NCBI GenBank assembly: GCA_042570925.1
Contig: JBHPFX010000002.1
Coordinates: 10,930 to 74,929, forward strand
Length of the DNA stretch: 64,000 nucleotides
Source of the DNA: Patescibacteria group bacterium
GTDB taxonomy: Bacteria > Patescibacteriota > Patescibacteriia > UBA10025
Direction of reading: 5' to 3'
The notes beneath the pieces are model-generated. The model made no database searches. It was not told the DNA's origin and was given only the letters and a program-made list of their open reading frames with translations. A program made the translations under genes and the position numbers. Of the stretch, positions 45,167 to 54,963 are shown one piece after another. Positions within the stretch are counted from its first letter, which is position 1; each line of letters begins with the position of its first letter.

Positions 45167-46468
45167 GTGAAGATATCCAGGCTCCACATCAATAAATATA
45201 AAAGCATCACTAAGCCGTTCACCCTTAACGAACCGGGGAAGCTCCATTTTTTTATAGGGTCAAATAATGCCGGAAAGACGAATATTCTTGATGCTATTAC
45301 TCAACTCTATCATGATGAAGTAATTCGGCTTAGCGATAAAGAAACAAAGCTTTCGGTGACTTTTTCATTACGAAGTAAATCTGGGAATATATTGCACGTT
45401 GAACAGCAATCCGGTAGTAAATCGTTCACTCTTGATAAGAAAAAAGTGCAATCGGAGAAAGCAGAAAAAGTGCTGAACCATCATATTATCAGGTTGTGCG
45501 CCACGACACCGATTTCGCTCACAAAGTTAGAGGAAGATTTCAATACATTTAAAAAGAAATATCCCCGTGTTTTCCAGGCATTTTATTCGATCCTCAAGAA
45601 ATACATACCTAAAATTACCCTCACAGCCGACTTATTAAAAAGTTATACAGTAAAAGATGATAAATCAATTCAGCCATTTGAGCGGCTGGGAGCTGGATTT
45701 CAGCAGGTTTTTATGATACTTATGTATCTGTTTCACCCGCAATACACTATTTTGCTTCTCGAAGAACCAGAAATTCATCTTCATCCCGCCCTTGTTAAGA
45801 AACTTTTGCGGGTTATCGAGAATGAAAACCGGTATAATCAGATTTTTTTGACAACTCATTCACCTTTGTTTGTTCGCACAACGAACTTACATCGTCTTTT
45901 TCGCGTGACTAAAGAACAGGGGTCAACAAAAGTATTTTCTCCACGATTGCAAGGACAGCATATTAACTACAATCGTCTTAAGCAGGAATTGAATGCGGAC
46001 AACACTGAAATGTTTTTTGCTGATAAAGTTCTCCTTGTTGAAGGTCCTTCAGATCATTTACTTATGCGAGGTCTTATTGATCGCTTTTATGTGGGTGACA
46101 AGGATATAAAAGTAATTCAAACATATGGCAAGAGTAATATCGATATATATGCCGAGCTGTTAAATATGTTTAATATTCCATATTTTGTTTTGTTGGATCG
46201 CGACGCTCTTCATGACACAGGATTACAACTTTTACAAAGGGAACGAAAGGTCTTGTTCAAATCTTCACATGCTCTTACGAACAAACTCAAGCGCCAAGGT
46301 ATCTACGTACTACCCAACGGCAGTATAGAAAATAATTATCCAAGAAAATACCAGCGCCGCAGAAAGCATAAAACTCAAAACGCCCTCTACGCGGCATCAA
46401 ATATTTCCCGGTCAGAATACAATTCACCGACGATGAAATACTTAAAAGAAGTGATTGAATCAATATAA
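45167..46468 (+). CDS. OLD-family ATP-dependent nuclease (ABC-type ATPase + Toprim)
   Basis: Walker A GSNNAGKTN, Walker B ILLLEEPEIHLHP, LTTHSP. Toprim Glu in LLVEGPSD and DxD in VLLDRDA. GTG 45167 (VKISRLHINKYKSI) preferred as the start. Confidence 0.75.
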   Translation: MKISRLHINKYKSITKPFTLNEPGKLHFFIGSNNAGKTNILDAITQLYHDEVIRLSDKETKLSVTFSLRSKSGNILHVEQQSGSKSFTLDKKKVQSEKAEKVLNHHIIRLCATTPISLTKLEEDFNTFKKKYPRVFQAFYSILKKYIPKITLTADLLKSYTVKDDKSIQPFERLGAGFQQVFMILMYLFHPQYTILLLEEPEIHLHPALVKKLLRVIENENRYNQIFLTTHSPLFVRTTNLHRLFRVTKEQGSTKVFSPRLQGQHINYNRLKQELNADNTEMFFADKVLLVEGPSDHLLMRGLIDRFYVGDKDIKVIQTYGKSNIDIYAELLNMFNIPYFVLLDRDALHDTGLQLLQRERKVLFKSSHALTNKLKRQGIYVLPNGSIENNYPRKYQRRRKHKTQNALYAASNISRSEYNSPTMKYLKEVIESI

Positions 46469-46476
46469 GTAGCAAT

Positions 46477-46962
46477 ATGGAAAATCCAGAAATGAGCCCA
46501 AAAAGGAGCGAAACGAATGAAAAGGTAACACCTGACCAAGTTGATCGGGGTGGTGAACAACAAGTAGAAAAATCACTTACCTTAGATGAAAGAACGAAAA
46601 TCGAAAAAGATGATACAATGCGCCTAAATGATGCGAAAGCGGCAATTCAAACTTTACCAGATGGTCCCAAACCTCCAAGATATGTCTCAAAGGATGAGAT
46701 GGGTCCAGCTTATGGCTGGGATACTGATCCGCCTACAATCCGTGAAGACTTGCCTTCGAGCGTTAAATCATTTGTAGGGGCGCATGAGCGATACCACATC
46801 AAGAACCCCACGGATAACTGGCTAAGAGGAGAGATTAAAGCAAGTATCGCTGGTGCATTGAGACATCCAATAGGATTTGCTCGAACCGCTTGGATGAGTC
46901 TTACGAGCAGAGAACGTTTACGATTTTATCGAAATCAAATCAGGCAACACTACGGGGTTTAA
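46477..46962 (+). CDS. hypothetical protein with HERYH motif, partner of the OLD nuclease
   Basis: 8-nt gap after the OLD gene. GAHERYHIKNP is a possible HExxH. No family recognised. Confidence 0.45.
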   Translation: MENPEMSPKRSETNEKVTPDQVDRGGEQQVEKSLTLDERTKIEKDDTMRLNDAKAAIQTLPDGPKPPRYVSKDEMGPAYGWDTDPPTIREDLPSSVKSFVGAHERYHIKNPTDNWLRGEIKASIAGALRHPIGFARTAWMSLTSRERLRFYRNQIRQHYGV

Positions 46963-46971
46963 AATATCTTT

Positions 46972-47000
46972 AAAAGCCCGCTAAAGAGAACGGGCTTTTT
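46972..47000. terminator. bidirectional intrinsic terminator
   Basis: AAAAGCCCG (46972-46980) pairs with CGGGCTTTT (46991-46999) between convergent genes. Confidence 0.75.
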
Positions 47001-47013
47001 AAGATTATTGTAA

Positions 47014-50000
47014 TTACGTTACTTGGCTTGGTACTTTTTTTCGTGATAGCTTATTTTTTAACCACGAACCGACTGAACACCACATGGAATACAAGACGGG
47101 GATTGCAATAAGCGTTCCAAGTGTAGAAAAAATCAGTCCAGCGATGATTGCAGTACCAAGACCGGTCCAAAATGGATCGTAAATTGTAAGTGGAAGAATC
47201 CCACCGATAGTTGTAATTGACGTGGAGAAAATTGGTTTAAATCTTGTATGTCCGGTGCGAACGAGCCGTTCGTACATACCTTCTTCAGGGTATTCGATCT
47301 TATATCGGTTGAATGTTGTAATCAATACAATAGCGTCGTTTACAACAATTCCAACGAGCGCAATCACCCCAAGACCGGAAATCATATTGAGAGTGCTTCC
47401 GACAGTGAATAATCCGGGAAAAACTCCAATAAGTGCAAGCGGTACTGCAAAAAGGATAAGAGCCGGCTGGAAGTAAGAATTAAATTGAAACACTAAGATA
47501 AGGTAGACTGCAAGCATTGCTAGAAGAAATACAATCTGTAGTCTGCTGTAGTCACTTTCAAATGCGGCGAATTCACCTCCATAGCTAATTCCGTCTTTCG
47601 GAAGTCCAAGTGCTATCAATTTATCTTCAGAGAGGTAGTTCCGAATTTCTGTGTCTAATGCAGCTCGATCAACTCCTTCTTCAAGTGAAAGACTAAATGT
47701 TGCTACACGATTTCCTTTAAGTCTCCGAATAGAAACAGAATTCTCGACTTGATCTACTTCTGCCACATCAGTGAGCTGAACAACTCCTCGTGTCGCAGAG
47801 GGAATAAACAGGGCGCGGAGATCATCAACTGAGTCAGTAGACTGCTCTGAAAAGTTCATAACAACTTCATCCGAGACACCATCTTCTCGTACCACAATGG
47901 TACCAATGTTTTGCGGAGTAAAGATCGCGTTGATCGTGCCGGCCGCTACAAGTGAATTGACGCCATTTTGCGTGAGTTTGTCCTGATTAAGATTCACATT
48001 AATTGACGAGACAAGTGATTCGCGCGGCCCATGATAGGTTTCCCTTATTCCTTCTTTTTCAGATACGAATGATTCCAGATCATTGACTGCGTTTACCAAT
48101 GCATCACTATTATTTCCAAGGAATTCCACAGTTATGTCGTATGCATCTGCAGGCGGACCATACGATACGGCTTGACCGAGAACGTCTATATCATCACCAA
48201 TATCACTTTGAATGGCTTCAATACGCTGAGTGAATTGATTCTCGAGGTCGAAGATAGTTGTATCATCTGCGCGGTCTATGGGATCAGCGAAAGTCGCAAA
48301 AACCGTATTTCCGAAAGTATAAAACGTATGAAAGTAGGGCAGCTCAATAATTTCATTTTGCACTTTTAAGAAAGCTTCTTTCTTTGTATCGAACGGCGTA
48401 CCAGCGGGGAAGGTCAGATCTACCTGAATATTCGATCCATCTTTTGATGGAAACTGTTCAAATTCAAGCATCGGAGCAAAATAACCAAAGCTCACTCCGA
48501 GAAGTATTATTGTCACCACTATTACAACGAGTTTGCGCCATCTACTTGGATAGATGGTCCTCATCATTGCACGGTATCCACGACTCAACCAATCAATAAC
48601 ATTTTGCCCTTTATGAATAAATGCAGGAATGAGTAATATCTGTTCCCACTTTTTAATTACTGCTTTTCGACGGTCTTCATATGTTTGTTCTTTAAGTATC
48701 CACCATCCGAGCAAAGGAGTAATTGACATTGCCAACAGATACGAAATTGCCAGAACAATCATTATGGTAAACGGGATGTACTTGAGGAAGTCACCCATAA
48801 TGCCGCCAATTGATGCAAAAGGGATAAATACGACGATAGTTGTCAGTGTTGCAGCAGTAACAGCGGGACCTAGTTTTTTTATACTAGTGAGAGCAGCCTC
48901 TTTTTTCGCTGCTCCTTTTTCTAGCTCATGAACCATACCTTCGGCAATAACAATTGCATTGTCAACCAAAATACCGAGTGTCAGAATCATCGCAAAGAGT
49001 GTTAGGATATTTAGTGAATAGCCAATGGCTACCAGCACAAAGAGTGTAACCAAGAATGCCGTTGGAATGATTAAGGCAACAACAAGCGCTGTTCTAAAAT
49101 TAATAAAGAATAAAAGAACGACAAGAATTAATCCCAAACCAAGAAGGCCGTTGTTTAGCAAACTGTCTATCTGGTCAGATACATATGGCGAGATATCGTA
49201 TCCGGTAACAATATCAACATCATCAGGAATGATTCCTGCTTCCTTGATGTTGTTGATTTCTTCATGAGTTGCTTCGGAAATCCGAACCACATCCCCATCA
49301 GATTTTTTAGACACGAGTATATATACCGATTCCTTAGCATAAGGTTCCCCGTCTTTGAGATATCCTACAAAATGAATCTGCTCACTATCTTTCGGTGTTC
49401 GAACGATCGAAGCAACATCTGATAATTTTACTTTTCCAAGTGGTATATTTCCGATGTCTTCGAGAGACTGAATCGGGGCATTGACGGTAATAGATTCTTT
49501 TCTACCTTCACTCGTCTCCACACTCCCGCCTGGAAGGGAAATGATTTGAGATTGGATGGCACTTTTAATGAGGTCGTAATTCAAACTGTTTTGTGCGAGC
49601 TTTTGTCCATCAAGCGTGATTTGCACTTCATATTCATTAGAAGGGGACACCTCGACACTTTTTATTTCAGGAGAAGCTGTTTCTAATCGGGAACGAATAA
49701 TATCGGCATACTGCAGCAGTTCAGCGGTATCTTGTCCGTTTTGCCCAACAATGCCAAAAGCAACAGTAGGACCCGCTGCTTCGATCGTTTGAACTTCAGA
49801 TTCTACTGTCTCGGGTAGACCAAGCTTTCCGATTTCATCGGAAAGCGTTGAGGCAACCGTATCGGTAAAATCGCCGCTCTCAACAAACACTTCAACACTC
49901 CCAAAGCTATTACCGGCGGTTGAACGAACGTAATCAACACCTTCGATTGCAGTTGAAGCTTGTTCAATGGGAATCAAGACTTCACGCTCAATATCAGCTG

Positions 50001-50190
50001 GGGAAGCCCCAGGGTATACAGCAGTGACGTAAAGGAAGTTAATGGGAATTGATGGAAAATCCTGACGTTGGTTATTTGTCGCACCCCAAATTCCAGCTAG
50101 TAAAATTGCAATTAAAATTAGAATACTGACACGATAGCGTGAAATAAAAAATCGGGACCAGCGGACAAGAAATGATTCGTTATGAGACAT
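47014..50190 (-). CDS. RND-family efflux transporter permease (AcrB-like)
   Basis: 1058 aa with 12-TM topology and two large periplasmic-type loops. No adjacent MFP or OMP gene. Confidence 0.85.
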   Translation of the reverse strand: MSHNESFLVRWSRFFISRYRVSILILIAILLAGIWGATNNQRQDFPSIPINFLYVTAVYPGASPADIEREVLIPIEQASTAIEGVDYVRSTAGNSFGSVEVFVESGDFTDTVASTLSDEIGKLGLPETVESEVQTIEAAGPTVAFGIVGQNGQDTAELLQYADIIRSRLETASPEIKSVEVSPSNEYEVQITLDGQKLAQNSLNYDLIKSAIQSQIISLPGGSVETSEGRKESITVNAPIQSLEDIGNIPLGKVKLSDVASIVRTPKDSEQIHFVGYLKDGEPYAKESVYILVSKKSDGDVVRISEATHEEINNIKEAGIIPDDVDIVTGYDISPYVSDQIDSLLNNGLLGLGLILVVLLFFINFRTALVVALIIPTAFLVTLFVLVAIGYSLNILTLFAMILTLGILVDNAIVIAEGMVHELEKGAAKKEAALTSIKKLGPAVTAATLTTIVVFIPFASIGGIMGDFLKYIPFTIMIVLAISYLLAMSITPLLGWWILKEQTYEDRRKAVIKKWEQILLIPAFIHKGQNVIDWLSRGYRAMMRTIYPSRWRKLVVIVVTIILLGVSFGYFAPMLEFEQFPSKDGSNIQVDLTFPAGTPFDTKKEAFLKVQNEIIELPYFHTFYTFGNTVFATFADPIDRADDTTIFDLENQFTQRIEAIQSDIGDDIDVLGQAVSYGPPADAYDITVEFLGNNSDALVNAVNDLESFVSEKEGIRETYHGPRESLVSSINVNLNQDKLTQNGVNSLVAAGTINAIFTPQNIGTIVVREDGVSDEVVMNFSEQSTDSVDDLRALFIPSATRGVVQLTDVAEVDQVENSVSIRRLKGNRVATFSLSLEEGVDRAALDTEIRNYLSEDKLIALGLPKDGISYGGEFAAFESDYSRLQIVFLLAMLAVYLILVFQFNSYFQPALILFAVPLALIGVFPGLFTVGSTLNMISGLGVIALVGIVVNDAIVLITTFNRYKIEYPEEGMYERLVRTGHTRFKPIFSTSITTIGGILPLTIYDPFWTGLGTAIIAGLIFSTLGTLIAIPVLYSMWCSVGSWLKNKLSRKKVPSQVT

Positions 50191-50359
50191 GATTGTTGAT
50201 TAAATAATTATTTAAACGAGAAATGACGAGTTACAATGTCAAAATAGTATATTATCGAATGAAAACTATGTCAAACGTCTATGTAACACGTGGAATGTGG
50301 ATAGATTTGACAAATATTTTGATCTGTAGTAGTGTTCCAAATAAGATATTTAACAACTT

Positions 50360-50572
50360 TAAAACCCTTGATCGGGTCCCCACAATAGTGGGGATTGGGC
50401 TCGATTTACCCAGCATTGCTGGGGGGTGGTTTCTGCGATAGTGGAAATCCGGCTTCCTCCGTAATCAAAGGATATCTGATGTCGCCCTGAGCGAACCGAA
50501 CTAAGTTCGGTGAGTCGAAGGGGACTGAGTCAGTAAAGTGGTCTCGAATCCGTTTACTGACGGATTTTTTTA
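50360..50572 (+). ncRNA. candidate structured RNA or leader ending in an intrinsic terminator
   Basis: Hairpins TCCCCAC/GTGGGGA, CCCAGC/GCTGGG and ACCGAAC/GTTCGGT nested in CCCT/AGGG. Terminator TCCGT/ACGGA plus T7 at about 50550-50572. Class not identified. Confidence 0.3.
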
Positions 50573-50589
50573 AATCTGTCAAAACATCG

Positions 50590-50680
50590 AGATAGAAAGG
50601 TGGCACCACGAAGGTAATAGTAAGACCCCCGTCCTTTCAATGCATATCATTGTGTATGCATGAGAAGATGGGGGTTTTTG
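50590..50680 (+). promoter_or_regulatory. possible attenuator/riboswitch-like leader
   Basis: GAAAGG/CCTTTC helix (50595-50637) competes for the C-run used by the terminator ACCCCC/GGGGGT plus TTTTTG (50625-50680). Lies directly upstream of an SD-led small ORF. Confidence 0.3.
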
Positions 50681-50725
50681 TTTAGAAAAAATGAGAAAAC
50701 AAACATACAAAAGGAGCTCTTTGAG

Positions 50726-50884
50726 ATGAATGATCAAGATCGAAAAGACAAAGATCGAGATCGACAGACAGATGAAAGTTATGTCCCAGTAAGGGATGAT
50801 CAGGGTGACAAACAACCCGAAAAGAAACGCCCTGTGCTGTCTGTAAGGAGGGAATACAAAATTCCTCCGGGAGCCTATTGCTGA
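50726..50884 (+). CDS. 52-aa highly charged small protein
   Basis: AAGGAG SD 9 nt upstream of ATG 50726. MNDQDRKDKDRDRQTDE... Terminator follows at about 50914-50950. Confidence 0.45.
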   Translation: MNDQDRKDKDRDRQTDESYVPVRDDQGDKQPEKKRPVLSVRREYKIPPGAYC

Positions 50885-50971
50885 CAATAAGGTGATGGGT
50901 CGATCGTACATAAGGGGGTGGTAGCGATACCGCCCTCCTTTTTTTACTAATTTTTGTTATACTACATATAT

Positions 50972-51511
50972 ATGGTAACAATTATTTTTGAATCACACGG
51001 CACGACATTCGACAATGAAAATAAAATTTCATCGGGTCTTCATGACTCGGATCTTTCCCCATCGGGTGAAAAGCAGGCTAAAGAGCTTGGAGATCGGAGA
51101 AAAAAGGATAAGTTTGACGCAATATTCTGCTCTGATTTGATAAGATCGCGTCGAACTGCTGAAATTGCATTCGCTGGGTCGAAGATTCCGATTTTTAACG
51201 ACGCACGACTACAAGAATGTGATTATGGGGATTTCAACGGCTATCCGACTGATGAAGTAGAACCGCTTAAAAGGGATCATATATACAGACCGTTTCCCAA
51301 AGGTGAAAGCTATGAGGAGACATCAGACAGAATGAAAAAATTTCTTGACGATTTATTGATAAGCTTTGACGGAAAAAAAGTTCTGATCATAGGTCATCGG
51401 GCTACCCAATACGGACTCGACAGATGGGCCGATGAAGTTGATTTAAAAGAAGCCGTAACACGGCCATGGAAATGGCAGCCAGGGTGGGAATACCATTATC
51501 CAAAAAAATAA
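50972..51511 (+). CDS. histidine phosphatase (phosphoglycerate mutase-like) family protein
   Basis: ESHGTT (RHG-like), SDLIRSRRTAE and GHRATQ. TATACT lies 8 nt upstream of ATG 50972. Confidence 0.6.
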   Translation: MVTIIFESHGTTFDNENKISSGLHDSDLSPSGEKQAKELGDRRKKDKFDAIFCSDLIRSRRTAEIAFAGSKIPIFNDARLQECDYGDFNGYPTDEVEPLKRDHIYRPFPKGESYEETSDRMKKFLDDLLISFDGKKVLIIGHRATQYGLDRWADEVDLKEAVTRPWKWQPGWEYHYPKK

Positions 51512-51573
51512 ATCTTCTTGACTATACGGTATCGTCATCGTACAGTACAGGTACAGAACTTTAAGGCTATTAT

Positions 51574-52428
51574 ATGGAAGATCAAACATTTGTTTCATCA
51601 CTTGTTGATTGGCTCAGTTCATCAGGAGTGAGAATCTTGATCATTATTGTCGGTGCATTTATCGTTGATAAAGTTATTGACGGGATTGTTGATCGTGCAA
51701 TCGTAAAATATGTAAAGTCGAGACAGAAAGATCGCGACCAGGAGGAAATAACCCAGCGCGCGAAGACCCTCAGTGATGTATTCAATACTACTTCTTCAGT
51801 TGTTTTAGCAATCGTGGCAATAATGATGATTCTACCGGAGCTTGGTATCCAAATCGGACCGTTATTGGCTGGAGCCGGTATAGTCGGTTTGGCAGTCGGA
51901 TTCGGTGCCCAAAATCTCGTACGTGATTTTTTCTCCGGAGTATTCATCGTTATGGAGAATCAGTTTGCTAAGGGGGACATTATTAAAATTAATAATACAA
52001 CAGCCGGATCGGTTGAGGACTTTACTCTCCGAAGAACAGTATTACGAGATTTAGACGGTGTTCAGCACCATATTCCCAATGGGGAGATTACTGCCGTGGC
52101 TAATTTGAGCCAAGATTGGTCTCGCATGAATCTGGATATATCTGTCTCTTATGATACTGATTTAGAGAAAGCGATCAAAGTCATTACTGAGACGGGTGAT
52201 ACGATGTATCAGGACAAAGAGTTCAGGGAACGAATGCTTGAGGCTCCACAGGTGTTGGGAGTGAATAAGTTTGCTGATTCGAGCATTGATATCAAGGTAA
52301 TATGCAAAACCCGTCCGGGAAAAGTATGGGAAGTAACTCGAGAATTCAGGCTTCGCATTAAACAGGCATTTGATAAAGCAGGAATTGAAATTCCATTTCC
52401 GCAAGTTGACGTTCATCAGAAGAGATAA
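51574..52428 (+). CDS. mechanosensitive ion channel (MscS family)
   Basis: Three TM helices and the signature GAQNLVRDFFSGVFIVMENQFAKGD. Confidence 0.85.
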   Translation: MEDQTFVSSLVDWLSSSGVRILIIIVGAFIVDKVIDGIVDRAIVKYVKSRQKDRDQEEITQRAKTLSDVFNTTSSVVLAIVAIMMILPELGIQIGPLLAGAGIVGLAVGFGAQNLVRDFFSGVFIVMENQFAKGDIIKINNTTAGSVEDFTLRRTVLRDLDGVQHHIPNGEITAVANLSQDWSRMNLDISVSYDTDLEKAIKVITETGDTMYQDKEFRERMLEAPQVLGVNKFADSSIDIKVICKTRPGKVWEVTREFRLRIKQAFDKAGIEIPFPQVDVHQKR

Positions 52429-52441
52429 CTAACACCGAACA

Positions 52442-53386
52442 GTGGATCGCACCACATACAATAAACCCAATCTGGTTATCCTTTTTAAGGAAGGGGATCT
52501 TTCGTCATACCCATTCAGCATTCCGGCATATAAACAATCGTATAGGGACTTTTTTTCTATCGCAGAAAAGTATTTTTCAATTTACATTGTTCGTGGAATT
52601 TCGAAATTTCGTGGAAACGGATTATTCACCAGCGGCTATCGATGGAATGGAAGGTCGTTTGCTGCGTATAAAAAAAACATTAATGCACGAATTGTGTATA
52701 ATAAAGGCCAATTATTTTCATCCGGCGGAAAAGAGTGGGCAATGATCAATAAAGGCGGATTACATACTATTGCGATTTTTAAGGACGTAACACATGCAAC
52801 GTTCCCAAAGATCATGAAGCGCGGTTTTCGCGTGAGAAACAAGCAGGATGCTAAGCGAAAGATAAAAAGAATTCGAACTGTTCAGGCAGTATATAAGCCC
52901 ATTGACGGTTTCGAAGGAAAGGGGATTGTTATTACTGATAAAAACCTTCTTATCGCTAAGCTCCGCAAATGTGATGGGCTCCTTGAAGAATTTCTTGATA
53001 CATCAAAAGGCATCCCAGGATTGACCCAATCATATCACGATGTACGGATGACCATCATGGACGGCAAGCTTGTGCAAACGTACATTCGTATTCCAAAAAA
53101 AGGTTCACTTCTTGCAAATGTAGCACGGGGTGGTTCATTGCATGAGTTTTCTTTCCAGAAACTCCCACAAAGTGCCAGAAAGATTATTAGCACTGTTGAT
53201 AAGAAGTTACGGCGTTATGGTCATCGGGTGTATTCAATTGACATTGGATTTGAAGGGAATACTCCGTATGTAATTGAAATTAATGACCAGCCTGGCTTAC
53301 CCTATAAGAAGTGGAAGCAATATTATCGTATGTGGCATGCATCATTGCTTACAGTATTTCGAAATGCTGCGGCAGAGCTGTCTTGA
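52442..53386 (+). CDS. RimK-like ATP-grasp ligase
   Basis: GTG start. YKPIDGFEGKGIVI, DVRMTIMDGKLV, ARGGS and YSIDIGFEGNTPYVIEINDQPG. Confidence 0.65.
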   Translation: MDRTTYNKPNLVILFKEGDLSSYPFSIPAYKQSYRDFFSIAEKYFSIYIVRGISKFRGNGLFTSGYRWNGRSFAAYKKNINARIVYNKGQLFSSGGKEWAMINKGGLHTIAIFKDVTHATFPKIMKRGFRVRNKQDAKRKIKRIRTVQAVYKPIDGFEGKGIVITDKNLLIAKLRKCDGLLEEFLDTSKGIPGLTQSYHDVRMTIMDGKLVQTYIRIPKKGSLLANVARGGSLHEFSFQKLPQSARKIISTVDKKLRRYGHRVYSIDIGFEGNTPYVIEINDQPGLPYKKWKQYYRMWHASLLTVFRNAAAELS

Positions 53387-53401
53387 CGGCAATTTCTTTC
53401 T

Positions 53402-54961
53402 ATGGTCATATATAAGGATTCTACAACCGTGTTATATCGCATCACATCTCTTGCATTTTCAATAGTGTTTTTAGCTGGACTGATTGCTCCGGCGACAAGT
53501 CATGCCCAGGAGTTTTTAGAAGATTCAGAACAACCGCAGGCAAGTATTATACCAGTCATCACATCAGAAGATTTTATATTACTAGAAAAGTCTGAGCTTT
53601 TTGATGCAGGGGAATCAACAATACTTCCTCCTCCAGCTTCAACTCCTATTTATAGATGGTCTTTCTCTGATACGACTGTTCAAAAAACCGGCAAAGAGCT
53701 TATTCGGTCATTTAATCAGACGGGAAGACATCAGGTGACACTCACTATTACGCAGGGAACGCAGCAGGAGCAGGTAAGTAAGATTATCTTCGTCTATGAT
53801 ACGCGGATTCTTCTCATAACTGATCAGGATAAAGAGAGCGGTCTGGATCAAATTGTCGAGCAGGCAGCTGATAACGGAGTATTATTAAAAATTATATCTG
53901 CTGCAGAAGAGGCAACGGGCTTCTTAACTGAAGAAGCCATTGTAAAACGCATAAGCGAAGAAAGCGAATTTATTGATTCAGCTGACGCTTTCATATTCTA
54001 TACAGAATCATCAATAGGATTACAGTCGTTTACGCGGTACTGGCGAGGATTAGAAGATCAAGAGCGCAAGCAGGCATTGCAAGGACAATTTTACGCTCAT
54101 ATATCGGATGAGAATATGGATATCACAGCTCAGATTTCTCTTCAGTCATTTAAAGTAATTCAGCCCTCATATATACTTCTTACACGACGTGAAGCGTTAA
54201 ACCCGATATTTGAAGCAGGGGATTTTACGCATGTCACCTCATCCTTGAGTAGTCGTGCAATCGAATATCGTGTTGTTGATGAACGAAGCGAAAAATCAAG
54301 GTTTTTTATACTTTCTCGATTGGTAACTAATTTTGTTGCGCAGGGAGTTCCATCAAATACGATTTACCTCATATTGGCATTTCCGTTTGTTGCTTTTATC
54401 ATTGCTTTTGCCCGACAGATACTTGGCCTGTCGGCATTTGGAGTTTATACGCCTGCTATGATTGCCATATCTTTTTTAATATTGGGAATCAATTTTGGAA
54501 TGGCAACACTGCTCATAGTAATTGTTGCTGCATGGATTCTTAGATGGCTGCTGAATAAAATTGAACTTTTATTCATTCCTCGTACTGCACTTGTCATTTC
54601 ATCAATTGCATTGTCGTTTCTGGGGGTTATATGGTTTTTGTTGTATTACGGAAGTTCAATTGCTATTTCTCTTGCCATTTTTCCCATGCTGGTTATGTCG
54701 ACTGTCACGGAAAAGTTTATGTCAGCACAATCAGAAGAAGGTTTGCGTTCGGCGCTTTTTGGAGTATTGAGAACCATTATCGTGGCTGGGGGAGCATATT
54801 ATTTTGTCGTATGGCCGGCATTTGCCGATATTCTCACTTCAACACCAGAATTGGTGTTACTGCCGTTATTCCTTCTTATTATACTTGGGAAGTTTACTGG
54901 ATTACGACTTGGGGAGTATTTTCGATTTAAGGCTTTACTACGAGAGGGAACAGAAGAGTAA
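53402..54961 (+). CDS. PKD-like extracellular domain + C-terminal 7TM domain (7TM_transglut-like)
   Basis: N-terminal anchor. YRWSFSDTT...GRHQVTLTI is PKD-like. Seven C-terminal helices ending in GLRLGEYFRF. Confidence 0.6.
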   Translation: MVIYKDSTTVLYRITSLAFSIVFLAGLIAPATSHAQEFLEDSEQPQASIIPVITSEDFILLEKSELFDAGESTILPPPASTPIYRWSFSDTTVQKTGKELIRSFNQTGRHQVTLTITQGTQQEQVSKIIFVYDTRILLITDQDKESGLDQIVEQAADNGVLLKIISAAEEATGFLTEEAIVKRISEESEFIDSADAFIFYTESSIGLQSFTRYWRGLEDQERKQALQGQFYAHISDENMDITAQISLQSFKVIQPSYILLTRREALNPIFEAGDFTHVTSSLSSRAIEYRVVDERSEKSRFFILSRLVTNFVAQGVPSNTIYLILAFPFVAFIIAFARQILGLSAFGVYTPAMIAISFLILGINFGMATLLIVIVAAWILRWLLNKIELLFIPRTALVISSIALSFLGVIWFLLYYGSSIAISLAIFPMLVMSTVTEKFMSAQSEEGLRSALFGVLRTIIVAGGAYYFVVWPAFADILTSTPELVLLPLFLLIILGKFTGLRLGEYFRFKALLREGTEE

Positions 54962-54963
54962 CC

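Noticed and set aside
45167-46468. Gabija (GajA/GajB) or PARIS call for the OLD-family gene
   Set aside because: There is no UvrD-like helicase and no separate DUF4435/Toprim partner. ATPase and Toprim are in one protein, and the neighbour is a 161-aa unknown.
50200-50215. Perfect 16-bp palindrome TTAAATAATTATTTAA 10 nt upstream of the RND start
   Set aside because: It is composed only of A and T in an AT-rich spacer. The chance expectation is not negligible, and no regulator gene is adjacent. Noted but not called as an operator.
50360-50572. Cobalamin or TPP riboswitch, or a tRNA-like element (GGTCTCGAATCC)
   Set aside because: The required cores are missing: the GGGAA and CCCGC.ACUGU cores of cobalamin switches, the CUGAGA/ACCUGAUCUGG core of TPP switches, and a proper 5-bp T-stem with acceptor. 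Only short chance-level matches are present.
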